NCBI GenBank assembly: GCA_044344255.1
Contig: JBIJDH010000003.1
Span: 64,001-128,000, forward strand
Source: Myxococcota bacterium
GTDB lineage: Bacteria; Myxococcota_A; UBA796; UBA2385
DNA length: 64,000 bases
Direction: 5' to 3'
Below the pieces are notes generated by a model that was given only the letters and a program-made list of their open reading frames with translations, had not been told where the DNA came from and searched no databases. Of this stretch, positions 1-12,299 are shown piece by piece; the stretch's first letter is position 1, and each line of letters opens with the position of its first letter. A program made the translations under genes and the position numbers.

Positions 1-15
1 CCTCGGAGCCCAGCG

Positions 16-942
16 ATGACGGTATCCACAGAGGCCACAGCACCCACGCGCGGTGGCGGCGTGATCGTCGCGGGGGTGCTCGCCCCGCACCCGCCGCACC
101 TCGTCTATGCCGAGAACCCGCCGCAGAACGAGCCCCGCGCCGAGTGCGGCTGGGAAGAGCTCCGCTGGGGCTACGAGCGCCTGCGCCGCAGCCTCGCTCG
201 CCGCGACTACGACGTGATCGTCGTACACTCTCCCCACTGGAAGACCGTCCAGGGCACCCACCTCCTCGGGGTGCCGCGCTTCGACGGCCTGTCGGTCGAT
301 CCCATCTTCCCGAACCTCTTCCGCTTCCGGTATGGCCTCGACGTCGACGTGCCGCTGGCCGAGGCGATCGCCGCTGAGGGCGCGCGGGCGGGCCTGCAGA
401 CCACGCTCATGCGGAACCCCGACTTCCGGGTGGACTACGGCACGATCATCGCCTGCCACATGGTCAACCCGGCCTGGGACAAGCCGATCGTAGCGATCTC
501 ATCGAGCCGCTCCTATTACTCGTTCAGCAACGAGGTGGGTGACGACGAGATGCTCGCGCTCGGGCGGGCCACGGCGCGGGCGGTGGAGGGGCTCGGCCGG
601 CGCGCGATCCTCCTCGCCAGCAACTCCCTGAGCCACCGTCACTTCACCGAGGAGGCGCAGCTCCCCGAAGATATGAGCAAGGAGCATGTGTACCACCATG
701 GACAGTACCTTTGGGACATGCACATCCTCGACCTGATGCGAAAGGGACGGATGCAACAGGTGATGGACGAGATGCCCGACTTCATCGAGCAGAGCGTGAG
801 CGAGTGTAAGGAGGGGAGCCTCTCCTGGCTGGTCGGGGCGCTGGGCGTCCCACGCTATCCGGCCGAGGTCCACGCCTACGGCTCGGTGATTGGGACGGGC
901 AACGCCATCGTCGAGTGGGACCCCGCGGGAGGTGGCCGATGA
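16..942 (+). CDS. amnB: 2-aminophenol 1,6-dioxygenase beta (catalytic) subunit-like, LigB-type class III extradiol dioxygenase
   Basis: LAPHPPHLVYAENPPQNEPR, HSPHW, VDPIFPN, FRVDYGT, SNSLSH and YGSVIGTGNA match AmnB/CnbCb as recalled. Confidence 0.9.
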   Translation: MTVSTEATAPTRGGGVIVAGVLAPHPPHLVYAENPPQNEPRAECGWEELRWGYERLRRSLARRDYDVIVVHSPHWKTVQGTHLLGVPRFDGLSVDPIFPNLFRFRYGLDVDVPLAEAIAAEGARAGLQTTLMRNPDFRVDYGTIIACHMVNPAWDKPIVAISSSRSYYSFSNEVGDDEMLALGRATARAVEGLGRRAILLASNSLSHRHFTEEAQLPEDMSKEHVYHHGQYLWDMHILDLMRKGRMQQVMDEMPDFIEQSVSECKEGSLSWLVGALGVPRYPAEVHAYGSVIGTGNAIVEWDPAGGGR

Positions 943-2369
943 GCGTCCCCCTCGGGCTCGTGGTGCCCACGATGCCCCACCCGCTGCTCGTCCCCGACCA
1001 GAACCCGGGCTGGGCCGCCGTCCGCGCCGGCTACGAGGCGGCGCGTCAGCGCATCCTCGAGAGCGACGCGGACCTCCTCGTCCTCTACAGTACAGGGTGG
1101 CCGAGCGTGATCGGTCATCAGATCCAGGCCGATCCCGAGCCCGAGTGGGTGCACGTCGATCAGGACTGGCACATGCTCGGCAGCATCCCGTATCGTTTTC
1201 GTATGGACGCCGAATTCGCCGCCGCTTGGCAGCGCGCCGCCACCCGCCGCGGGCTGCACGCGCGCACGGTGGCCTACCGCGGCTTCCCGATCGACACGGG
1301 CTCGATCGTCGCCTTGAAGCTGCTCAACCCAGACAATCGGCTCCCGGCTACGATCGTGAGCTGCAACATGTACGCCGATCGGGCCGAGACGCTGGTCCTC
1401 GGCAAGTCGGCCCGCGACGCCATCGAGCGCGGCGGGCGCCGCGCGGTGCTGGTCTCCGTGACGGCCCTGTCGAGCTGGACCCACCCCCGGCCGGTCCCCC
1501 CGGCGCGGGACCGCATCTCTTCGCTGCAAGATGACGAGTGGAACCGCAAGCTGCTCGAGCTCTTCGGGGAGGGCCGCCTCGAAGACGTGGCCCAGCTCGC
1601 CCGCACCTTCACCGCGCAGGCCCACGCCGACAGCAAGCTCAAGGGCATCTGGTGGCTGGCGGCGGCGATGGGGCAGCACAACCGCTACCAGGGCGTGGTG
1701 CACGCCTACGCCCCCGTCCAGGGCACCGGCGCGGCCGTGATCTCGCTCACCCCCTCCGATCGGGAGGCCGCCGGGCACGAGTTCGACGAGGAGGACGTCG
1801 AGCGCTTCCACGGCGACCGCGACGTGATGGGCGGCGCCGACCTCGACGACGAGGCGGCCGAGGCCCCGCCTGCCCTCGCCCGCCCGGTCCCTGCTCCGGT
1901 CCCCGCTCCGGTGCCTGTGGCCTCGGTGAAGGCCGGTGCGGCGGTCGGCCCTGCCCTCCACGTAGCGGGGGCGCCCAAGCCCGTCGGCGCCTATCCCCAC
2001 GCCCGGCGGGTGGGCGATCTGCTCTTTCTCTCCGGCGTCGGCCCCCGCGATCCGGCCACGAACGCCGTCCCCGGCGGTCCCGTGCGAGGCCCGGACGGCG
2101 CCCCCTTGCCCTACGACGCCGAGGCCCAGACCCGCGCCACCATCGAGAACGTGAAGCGCATCCTCGAAGGCGCGGGCTCGAGCCTCGACCGAGTGCTCGA
2201 CGTCACGGCCTTCCTCATCGACATGGACCGCGACTTCGCCGCCTACAACAAGGTCTACGCGGAGTACTTCACGGCGGTGGGCGCCACGCGCACGACGCTG
2301 GCGATCTCTGCCCTCCCCACGCCGATCGCGGTGGAGCTCAAGGTGATCGCGGCGGCCGGGCCGGCATGA
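939..2369 (+). CDS. Fusion of 2-aminophenol dioxygenase alpha subunit and RidA/YjgF-family (2-aminomuconate deaminase-like) domain
   Basis: ATGA overlap with amnB; HVDQDW, YRGFPIDTG, DDEWNRKLL (AmnA-like); Pro/Ala linker; KPVGAYPHARRVGDLLFLSG...RTT...LPTPIAVELKVIA (RidA). Confidence 0.85.
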   Translation: MSVPLGLVVPTMPHPLLVPDQNPGWAAVRAGYEAARQRILESDADLLVLYSTGWPSVIGHQIQADPEPEWVHVDQDWHMLGSIPYRFRMDAEFAAAWQRAATRRGLHARTVAYRGFPIDTGSIVALKLLNPDNRLPATIVSCNMYADRAETLVLGKSARDAIERGGRRAVLVSVTALSSWTHPRPVPPARDRISSLQDDEWNRKLLELFGEGRLEDVAQLARTFTAQAHADSKLKGIWWLAAAMGQHNRYQGVVHAYAPVQGTGAAVISLTPSDREAAGHEFDEEDVERFHGDRDVMGGADLDDEAAEAPPALARPVPAPVPAPVPVASVKAGAAVGPALHVAGAPKPVGAYPHARRVGDLLFLSGVGPRDPATNAVPGGPVRGPDGAPLPYDAEAQTRATIENVKRILEGAGSSLDRVLDVTAFLIDMDRDFAAYNKVYAEYFTAVGATRTTLAISALPTPIAVELKVIAAAGPA

Positions 2370-2998
2370 GCCGCATCTACGACATCACGCCCCCGGTCTC
2401 GCCCCGGATCGCGGTCTGGCCGGGCGACGTCCCCTTCCAACAGGACTTCACCTGCCGGATGGCGGAGGGGGCGCACCTCGAGCTGTCGAGCGTCACCACC
2501 ACGGTCCACGTGGGGGCGCACACCGACGCACCCTCTCATTACCGGCTCGGCGGAGCGGGGATCTCCGAGCGACCGCTCGAGACCTACCTCGGCCCCTGTG
2601 AGGTGATCTGGGTGGACGTCCCGCGGGGGGCCCGCGTCCTGCCGGCGCACCTCCCGGCGGTCGTCCGGGCCCCGCGGGTGCTGCTGCGCACCGGCACCTT
2701 CCCCGATCCCGACCAGTGGAACGAAGACTTCGCCGCCCTCTCCCCGGAGCTCGTCCACGCCCTCGCCGCCCAGGGGGTGCGCCTCGTGGGCATCGACACT
2801 CCGAGCGTCGACCCCATGACCAGCAAGGCGCTCGAGGCCCACAATGCGGTGGCCGATCACGACATGGCCGTGCTGGAAGGCGTGGTCCTCGACGCAGTGC
2901 CGCCCGGGCTCTACACGCTCGTGGCCTTGCCGCTCCGGATCGAAGGCGCAGACGCCTCCCCCGTTCGCGCCGTGCTCGTGGCAGGATGGCCGGCGTGA
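2366..2998 (+). CDS. kynB: Kynurenine formamidase (cyclase family)
   Basis: ATGA overlap; IYDITPP, VWPGD, HVGAHTDAPSH, GIDTPSVDP, LPLRIEGADASPVRAVL. Confidence 0.88.
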   Translation: MSRIYDITPPVSPRIAVWPGDVPFQQDFTCRMAEGAHLELSSVTTTVHVGAHTDAPSHYRLGGAGISERPLETYLGPCEVIWVDVPRGARVLPAHLPAVVRAPRVLLRTGTFPDPDQWNEDFAALSPELVHALAAQGVRLVGIDTPSVDPMTSKALEAHNAVADHDMAVLEGVVLDAVPPGLYTLVALPLRIEGADASPVRAVLVAGWPA

Positions 2999-3768
2999 AG
3001 CTCGAGCCCCACCAGAGCAACGCCCGCCTCGTCGACGGAGCCGGCGCCGATGACGCCCCGGTCAGTGTCGGCGCCCTGGTCGAGCTCGGCTACGCAGTGT
3101 GGAACGTCGCCTCGCTGCAGGTGCTCTTTTGTGACCCTTTCATCCCCGGCGCTGACCGCCCCTTGGAGGAGCAGCCCGTCGGGAAGGGTGGCTGGGACGG
3201 CGTCGTCAGCGGCACGTTCCGGCGGCTGGTCCCCGGCCCGCGGGGCGCGGTCCCTGCGGGGACGGTGGTGCGCGACGGGCGCCTCGACGCCCAGGGCGGC
3301 CCCGAGACCGCCGGGCGCGGCGGCGTCGCGGTCCTCGAAGACGGGAGCATCCTCGTCGGCCGCGCCGAGGGCACTGGGCTCCTGGAGCTCGAGGCCCGCT
3401 TCGGCCAGCCGGGGCGGCCCCTCCGCCACTTCCTCGGCGGCGGAGCCCTGCTCATCGAGGAGGACGAGCCCACCGACGAGATCGATCTCCTCGTCCGCCA
3501 GGGCTGGAACGGCCGCGCCGGCGGCTTCCGCGCCCCCCAGATGGTGGCCGATCACCACCTCGTCCTCGGCATCAAGCGGGGGCAGTGTGTGATCGCGCTC
3601 AGCCCGGTCCGCGCCGCCGTGCAGATCCAGGCCGACCTCCTCGCCGCCGAATTTGGCGCCGCCGTGAAGTTCGAGCGAGGCACCGGCCTCTTCTGCTGGG
3701 ACGGCGCGATCCGGTTCCCCGGAAGGAACCCCTCCGGGCTGGCCTTCCGGCTGTACCGGGATGGTTGA
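2995..3768 (+). CDS. Hypothetical protein, distant phosphodiester-glycosidase (NAGPA)-like
   Basis: GTGA overlap with kynB; FLGGGALLI, LVLGI and AVKFERGTG weakly resemble NAGPA motifs. Confidence 0.4.
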   Translation: MKLEPHQSNARLVDGAGADDAPVSVGALVELGYAVWNVASLQVLFCDPFIPGADRPLEEQPVGKGGWDGVVSGTFRRLVPGPRGAVPAGTVVRDGRLDAQGGPETAGRGGVAVLEDGSILVGRAEGTGLLELEARFGQPGRPLRHFLGGGALLIEEDEPTDEIDLLVRQGWNGRAGGFRAPQMVADHHLVLGIKRGQCVIALSPVRAAVQIQADLLAAEFGAAVKFERGTGLFCWDGAIRFPGRNPSGLAFRLYRDG

Positions 3769-4321
3769 GGGGGCGAGGGCAGAGGGAGCGGAGGGGGGAG
3801 AGAGCGACGAGGCGCTCTTTGGCCGGTACTGCGGGAGCGGAGACCGCGCCGCCTTTGAGCAGCTCTTCTCGCGGTACAGCGAGCGGCTCTACGGCTTCTT
3901 CATCCGTCAGGTGGGCGACGCCGAGCTCTCCCGCGACCTCGTCCAGCAGACCTTCCTCCAGCTTCACCGCGCCCGGGCTGACTTTCGACAGGGCTGCCTC
4001 GTGCGGCCCTGGCTGTACACCATCGCGGCGAACCTGCGCCGAGAGCACTTCCGGCGGCGGGGGAGGCGGCCCGAGGTCGGCCTCGATCCGGAGCTCCACC
4101 CCGAGCCCTCGGTGGCCCCGGCGGCCACCACGGCGACGCAGCGTGCCGTGCGGCGCGCGCTCGAGCAGCTCGGCGACGATCAGCGCGAGGTCGTGGTCTT
4201 ACACTGGTACGAGGGCCTGTCCTTCCCGGAGATCGGCGAGGTGGTAGGCGCCAGCACCACGGCGGTGAAGGTCCGCGCACACCGCGCCTACAACAAGCTC
4301 CGCGCCCTGCTCGGCGAGTAA
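3761..4321 (+). CDS. ECF RNA polymerase sigma factor
   Basis: AFEQLFSRY, DLVQQTFL, PWLYTIAAN (region 2); REVVVLHWYEGLSFPEIGE..VKVRAHRA (region 4). Confidence 0.93.
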   Translation: MVEGARAEGAEGGESDEALFGRYCGSGDRAAFEQLFSRYSERLYGFFIRQVGDAELSRDLVQQTFLQLHRARADFRQGCLVRPWLYTIAANLRREHFRRRGRRPEVGLDPELHPEPSVAPAATTATQRAVRRALEQLGDDQREVVVLHWYEGLSFPEIGEVVGASTTAVKVRAHRAYNKLRALLGE

Positions 4322-4352
4322 CCAACCCCCCATCTGGACCGTACCGGACCCC

Positions 4353-5081
4353 GTGAGCTCCCGCCTGCCATCCACACCCTCCACCCTCGGCGCCCCCGCC
4401 GGGCCGCTGGGCGCCTCGGCGCTCGACGCCGACCGGGCCCATCCGCCGAGGCTCGATCCCGCTGCTTCGGAGCGGATGTTCGCCGGGTTGATGAGCGAGG
4501 TGGCGGCGCCGCTCAGCCTCCGCGCCCGGCTGGCCGAGCGCTCCACGGGGGCGCGGCTGCTCCTCGCTCTCGCGGGGATCGGGGCCACGATGGGCCTCGT
4601 GCTGCTCGTCTTTCCCCCCCGCCTGGACGATCAGGCCCCGGCCGGCCTGCTGCTCGCCGCCTTGTCCTTCGCAGGCGTGGTGGGCGGGCTGGCGCTCGGT
4701 CTGCGAGGGCTCCAGCGGCCGCCGCCCTCCCCAGCCCTTCGCCTCTTCCTGGGAGCCGCGCCCTGGGCGCCGCTCGTCTTCGCCGCCCTGCTTGCCGAGG
4801 CGCCCTCGGCGCCGCCTGCGGAGTGGCTCCTGCGCTCGAGCGGCTGCCTCTCGGTCGGCCTCGGGGTGGGCGCCATCTCCGTGCTGGGCGGCTGGTGGCT
4901 CCAGCGGGAGAAGCCAGGCTCCTTGTGGCGCCTGGGCGCCTTGGCCGCCGTCGCGGGATTTTCGGACTGGGCGCTGCTCTCGATGCACTGCCCGAGCCGA
5001 GAGCTGGCCCACCTGCTCGTCGGGCATGGGCTCGGCGGGCTGGTCGTCGGCGTGGGGCTGCTCGCGCTGCGGCGGCGGTAG
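4353..5081 (+). CDS. Membrane anti-sigma factor, NrsF/DUF1109-like
   Basis: Follows the ECF sigma; about 6 TM helices; conserved C, and MHCP...HLLVGH motif. Confidence 0.7.
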   Translation: MSSRLPSTPSTLGAPAGPLGASALDADRAHPPRLDPAASERMFAGLMSEVAAPLSLRARLAERSTGARLLLALAGIGATMGLVLLVFPPRLDDQAPAGLLLAALSFAGVVGGLALGLRGLQRPPPSPALRLFLGAAPWAPLVFAALLAEAPSAPPAEWLLRSSGCLSVGLGVGAISVLGGWWLQREKPGSLWRLGALAAVAGFSDWALLSMHCPSRELAHLLVGHGLGGLVVGVGLLALRRR

Positions 5082-5084
5082 CGC

Positions 5085-7577
5085 TCAGACGCCCCGCACG
5101 AGGCGCAGGCCCGACGACTCTTTGGGCCCTGCGGCGTCCGACTGGTGGCGGTGCGCGGCCCGAACGTGCACGGCGTTGGAGATCCAGCTCCCGCCTCGCA
5201 GGACGCGCGGGCCCGGGCCGGCGCCGGGGTGGAGCCGGAGGCGGCCGTCCGGGTCACGCGGCGGCCCCAGGGGATCCGGAGCCTCCAAGCACCAGTCTCG
5301 GACGTTGCCGCCCAGGCCTCGCACCCCGTACGGGCTGTGGTCCAGCGGGTAGGCGTGGATCGAGGCCAGCAGGGGCCGACCGGCGTGGCTGTCGCGCATG
5401 CAGCAGAAGGAGGGGTCGAGCTGATCACCCCAGGGAAACACCCGCTCGTCGGCTCCCCGGGCCGCCTTCTCCCACTCCACCTCGGACGGCAGGCGCCAGG
5501 GCAGGGCGTCCCGATCGGCGCGCCAGCGTGCGTAGGCGGAGGCGCCGTACCAGTCCACGAGCACGACGGGCCAGTCTGGCTCCCAGAGGTCGCCCTGGGC
5601 GTCGGGGACGAGGTGAAAGCGCCCGTCCCGGTCTCGACCGTAGATGAGGCCGGGCTCACCCACGCGGCCCACCCGGGGCGCGCAGGCCAGCGCCTCCGCC
5701 TCCCGCCCGTGGGCGACCAGCTCGTCGAGGAAGGCGATGTAGTCGGCGTTCGTGATCGGGTGCACCGCCATCGCGAAGGAGTCGACCCAGTACCGGGTCC
5801 GCGGGAGCGCCGAGGGGGCCCGGTCATCACCGCCCACCCAGGCCCAGCCCTCGGGGACGAGCCGCTCGGCGGCGTCGGCCGCGGCGGCGCGGTCTGCGGC
5901 GAGGTGGGCGACGGGCAGGGGGCGTGGGCCACCTCCGGGTCCGATGGCCTCCTGCGCCTCGCCGCGCGACAGGGCGACCGGGACGAGGAAGGATCGGTCT
6001 TCCCAGTGAAGCTCGGCGGTGTAGGAGCCGGCGGGGAGCTCCTCGTGGAGCGGGGTCTGGCGCGTGGGGAGGGGGGATGAGCGGCGCATGCGGCGCCCGG
6101 CGGGGAGCTCGGGGTGGAGGACGACGGCGGCGCCCGGCGGCTCGGTCGTCAGGGTGAGCATCGCGCGGCCCTCCACCCAGCGGCGCTCGCCCGGCCCGCC
6201 GTGGCGCGCCACCTTGGCCAGGCAGCGGGCTGTCTCGACGAGATCGCGGCGGATCTGCGCCGCTTCGTACCGCGCCCGCCACCGGAGGGTGAGCCGTCGG
6301 TGCGCGGGCGCGCAGGCGTCGTCGTAGGTGAGCGCGGCCTCGAGGCGGAGCTCGGCCTCCGCGTCCTGCGCCGCGGCCTCGCGGCTGAGGGCCTCGGCCT
6401 CGTCGGCGGCGGCCCACGCGGCGGACTTCGCCTCCGTGGCCGCCCAGAGCGGCAGCTCGGCGAGCGCGGCCGCCGCCTGAGCGCGGAGCCCGTCCGCGCG
6501 GGCGGTGAGGGCCGCCGCCGAGGCGAGCTCGGCCTCCGCCCGCTCAAAGAGGGCCAGCGCCTGGTCCTGGCGCTCGGCGGCGTCCAGCCAGCCGGCGAGC
6601 CGCTCGGCGAAGGCCACGCCGTCCTCGGGGCGGTCGATGGGGTCGCGGGACATGGCGCTGGCGCACACGCGCACCAGCTCTTCGGGCGGTGAGGGCGCGC
6701 CGGGCCCGCCCAGGGGGGGTGGCGGGCCTGCGGCGAGCGCCGCCAGGGCCTCCCGCGGGTCGGCCTGAGGGTAGGGAGGGTGGCCGGCGAGCAGCGTGTA
6801 CAGGATGGCGCCGAGGGCCCAGACATCCACCGCGCAGTCGGGCGGCGCCCCGCGGGCCTGCTCGGGGGCCATCCAGGCGGGCGTGCCGGCCACGAGGCGG
6901 TCGTCGGCCGGATCGTCGGCCGGGTCGTCGAGAGAGGCCGCGACGCCCCAGTCGATCACGTCGACCTCACCGAAGTCACCCACGAGCAGGTTGTCCGGCT
7001 TGAGGTCGCGGTGAACGACGCCGCGGGAGTGCGCGTAGCCCACGGCCTCGGCGGCGCGCCGCAGGGCGTCGACGAGGCGGCGCAGCGTCCAGCCGCTCGC
7101 CGTGGCGCTCCAGCCCGAGGGCTTCGCGGCGCGATGCAGGGCGTGGACCACGCGGCCGAAGGAGCGCCCGCCCGCCCGCCGCATGGTGGCGTAGGGCCGG
7201 CCGTCCCCGAGCACGCCGGCGTCGTAGACGGGCACGATGCCGGGGTGCTGGAGAGAGGCGGCGAGGCGCGCCTCGCGGTTGAACAGGGCGCGGAGCTCCG
7301 CGGCGAGGTCGGGCCGCGCGATCTTCATGACGACGGGCCGGCCGAGGAGGCGGTCCTCCACCAGCCACACTTCGCCCATCCCGCCCTGTCCAAGGGGCTC
7401 AAGGCGGGTGTAGCGCGCCTCGGGGGAGGAGAGCGCGCGCCAAGCGGCGGTGTCGCCTTCGGACGTCAGGGTCGTGTCGCCTTCGGGCTCGGCCTCTGGC
7501 TCGGCGCCCGGCTCGGCGCCGAGCGGGGGCGGTCCTGGGGGAGCGGGAGCGAGGTGAGCTCCGAGGGTCGGGCGCAT
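5085..7577 (-). CDS. Ser/Thr protein kinase with C-terminal FGE-sulfatase (SUMF1) domain
   Basis: LGQGGMGEV, HRDLKPDN, DWG, GTPAWMAPE; RLPSEVEWEKAARG, GNVRDW, RGGSW; start ATG 7577 inferred. Confidence 0.9.
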   Translation of the reverse strand: MRPTLGAHLAPAPPGPPPLGAEPGAEPEAEPEGDTTLTSEGDTAAWRALSSPEARYTRLEPLGQGGMGEVWLVEDRLLGRPVVMKIARPDLAAELRALFNREARLAASLQHPGIVPVYDAGVLGDGRPYATMRRAGGRSFGRVVHALHRAAKPSGWSATASGWTLRRLVDALRRAAEAVGYAHSRGVVHRDLKPDNLLVGDFGEVDVIDWGVAASLDDPADDPADDRLVAGTPAWMAPEQARGAPPDCAVDVWALGAILYTLLAGHPPYPQADPREALAALAAGPPPPLGGPGAPSPPEELVRVCASAMSRDPIDRPEDGVAFAERLAGWLDAAERQDQALALFERAEAELASAAALTARADGLRAQAAAALAELPLWAATEAKSAAWAAADEAEALSREAAAQDAEAELRLEAALTYDDACAPAHRRLTLRWRARYEAAQIRRDLVETARCLAKVARHGGPGERRWVEGRAMLTLTTEPPGAAVVLHPELPAGRRMRRSSPLPTRQTPLHEELPAGSYTAELHWEDRSFLVPVALSRGEAQEAIGPGGGPRPLPVAHLAADRAAAADAAERLVPEGWAWVGGDDRAPSALPRTRYWVDSFAMAVHPITNADYIAFLDELVAHGREAEALACAPRVGRVGEPGLIYGRDRDGRFHLVPDAQGDLWEPDWPVVLVDWYGASAYARWRADRDALPWRLPSEVEWEKAARGADERVFPWGDQLDPSFCCMRDSHAGRPLLASIHAYPLDHSPYGVRGLGGNVRDWCLEAPDPLGPPRDPDGRLRLHPGAGPGPRVLRGGSWISNAVHVRAAHRHQSDAAGPKESSGLRLVRGV

Positions 7578-7717
7578 GGCGGACTCTACCCTGCGGACCG
7601 CGCACAGCCGTGCACCGTCGAGGCCCGTCTGTGCACCGGCGTGCATGGACATGCACGCGGGGGCACAGCCCCCGCCCTCGGCGCGCCGGACGTCGGCTTG
7701 TCTTGCGGAGAGGCCGC

Positions 7718-7733
7718 TGGCATGATGCTTGCT
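7718..7733 (+). promoter_or_regulatory. Sigma-54 (-24/-12) promoter
   Basis: TGGCATGATGCTTGCT with GG-N10-GC spacing, 27 bp before ATG 7760; inverted repeat GCGTGCATG-GA-CATGCACGC at 7639-7658 upstream. Confidence 0.7.
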
Positions 7734-7759
7734 CTTCATGCTGGCAACCCGGAGCTCTG

Positions 7760-8247
7760 ATGCGCGTCCTGCTCGGCCTCGCCCTCCTGATGACCGCCCC
7801 CGCCGTCGCCCTGGAGCCCTCCACCTGCGGCTGCGATCCCTCCGACGGCGAGGCCTGCCTCGCCGAGGCCTGGTCCGTGCCCTCCGAGCTCGAGGCCGTG
7901 CTGGACGGCTGCGAGGCCGATCCGAGCGGGATCTGCGCCGACGAGGCAGCCCTCTTCGAGCTCGCCCTCCTCTCGCCACCGGCCTGCCTGCCCACCGACT
8001 ATGCCGCCGTCCTCGCGGCCGCCGGGCCGTCCACGCCCGCTGGCGTCGGGCTCGGGCTCCTGATCCGGATCAAGAAGTCCCTCCCTCTGGGCTACGACGA
8101 CTGCCTGCAGAGGCCCCTCCCGGTGAAGGGATCGTCCCGCTGGCTCGAGTGTTTCGCGGTAGGGCTCGTCGGCGACACCGAGGACGGCGGCGCGCCCGGC
8201 GCTCCGGCGGGCCTGCCGACGGGCGGACCCGAGTGGGTCGGCGGGGA

Positions 8248-8251
<4 letters not shown>
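7760..8251 (+). CDS. Small secreted Cys-rich hypothetical protein
   Basis: GGAG RBS; signal peptide MRVLLGLALLMTAPAVA; multiple Cys; GTGA overlap with the next gene. Confidence 0.65.
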
Positions 8252-11004
<2,753 letters not shown>

Positions 11005-11019
11005 GCGCGGGCTGCGCGG

Positions 11020-11511
11020 TCAGGGGGTGAGCTGGAGCTCGAGCGCCGCGTCGCCTTCCCAGCTCGTGATCTCGAGGGAGAGGCCGCCCTGGGCGGGCAG
11101 CTCCAGCGCCTCGATCCCCGCCCAAGCGCCCACCTCCGCGCCCTCCAGGTCGAAGGCGATCACGTCGACCGGGCCGTCTGTCCACAGCGAGAGCGCACCT
11201 TCTTGCGGCTCGAGCTCGACGTCCACCGGCTCGCCGGGGTGGGCGATCAGCGCCAGCGGCTCGAAGTCACCCAGCGTGTCGAGGCAGGTGTCACCGTAGG
11301 TGATCACGAGACGATTCCCCTCCATTCGGCAGGCGATCTCTGGATGCTTGTCAATGTCCTTGCACACCTGCGTGCAGGTCTTTCCCTTGGTGTCGATCTG
11401 GGCGCAGTCCACCTTGACGGTGATGCCGCTCATGGTGATCACCATCTTCTCGGCGAGGGCGGCGCCGCTGAGGGCGAGGGCGGCGAGGACAGGGAAGAAG
11501 AGCTTGTTCAT
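11020..11511 (-). CDS. Secreted hypothetical protein (paralog of the upstream gene)
   Basis: GGAG RBS; signal peptide MNKLFFPVLAALALSGAALA; 4-Cys N-terminal domain. Confidence 0.7.
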   Translation of the reverse strand: MNKLFFPVLAALALSGAALAEKMVITMSGITVKVDCAQIDTKGKTCTQVCKDIDKHPEIACRMEGNRLVITYGDTCLDTLGDFEPLALIAHPGEPVDVELEPQEGALSLWTDGPVDVIAFDLEGAEVGAWAGIEALELPAQGGLSLEITSWEGDAALELQLTP

Positions 11512-11546
11512 GGGTTCTCCGATCGGATGAGGGGTGGGGGCGTGGA

Positions 11547-12080
11547 CTACTGGGCCTGCACGGAGACGGTCTCGCGGAAGGGCGAGTGGGAGATGATCTG
11601 CACGTGGGCGCCGGCCTCGGCCGGGATCGTGAGCTCGACCGGGCCCATCCAGGAGGACTCGACACCGTCCGCGCCGCGCACGATCACCTCGATCCCCTCG
11701 CCGGTCCGAAGCTGCCACGAGGTCGGCGCGGCGCCTTCGAGCCCGGTGTCGTCGCTCGCTTCCACGTCGAGGTCGATGACCGTGAAGGGCTCGATGCCGA
11801 GCTGGGTGGCCTCCTCGGTGGTGGTGCCCCAGGCGAGCGGCCCGCCGGTCATCACGACGCGGCCCTCGCTGTACTTGCAGGTGTAGCCGGCGATCTTGTT
11901 GATCTCCTCGCAGAAGCGCTCGCAAGACAGGTACCAGGGGCGCTCCACCGCGCTGCAGGGCCCGCTGAAGATGAAGCCGGGCCCGGTGACCACGAGCTTG
12001 TCCGCCAGGGCGGGAGCGGCGAAGGCCCCGAGGAGGGTGGTGAGGGCGAGCAGGCGCGACGAGAAGGAGCGGACGGACAT
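11547..12080 (-). CDS. Secreted hypothetical protein
   Basis: Signal peptide ending APALA; 4-Cys domain aligning with the downstream gene. Confidence 0.7.
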   Translation of the reverse strand: MSVRSFSSRLLALTTLLGAFAAPALADKLVVTGPGFIFSGPCSAVERPWYLSCERFCEEINKIAGYTCKYSEGRVVMTGGPLAWGTTTEEATQLGIEPFTVIDLDVEASDDTGLEGAAPTSWQLRTGEGIEVIVRGADGVESSWMGPVELTIPAEAGAHVQIISHSPFRETVSVQAQ

Positions 12081-12130
12081 GGTGTTGCTCGGGGCTCGGG
12101 TGGGGTCCCGCTGGGGACGCTCTCCACCAT

Positions 12131-12146
12131 TGCAACCGGCGTGCCA
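12131..12146 (-). promoter_or_regulatory. Sigma-54 (-24/-12) promoter
   Basis: Minus strand TGGCACGCCGGTTGCA, a full consensus match, 50 bp upstream of ATG 12080. Confidence 0.8.
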
Positions 12147-12299
12147 CGAGAAAGATCAGCGTATGTCCGTGCTTGCCCTCGGCGGTGACCCCCCGAGGGC
12201 GGGGACAGGCCTGGCCCCGTCGCTGCCTGTGCGCGGCGGTGCAGGCGCGTGGGCGGCCGTGCGGCGGAGTGCCGCGGGAGAGGCGGCGCTCCGTCGGGC

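Noticed and set aside
5085..5400. FGE-domain C-terminus as a DGR variable region
   Set aside because: No matching template repeat or reverse transcriptase in the window
7729..8247. N-terminal extensions in the ORF track (also 7578-7979, 23985-24539, 53486-54301)
   Set aside because: They overlap better-supported genes; coupled downstream starts fit better
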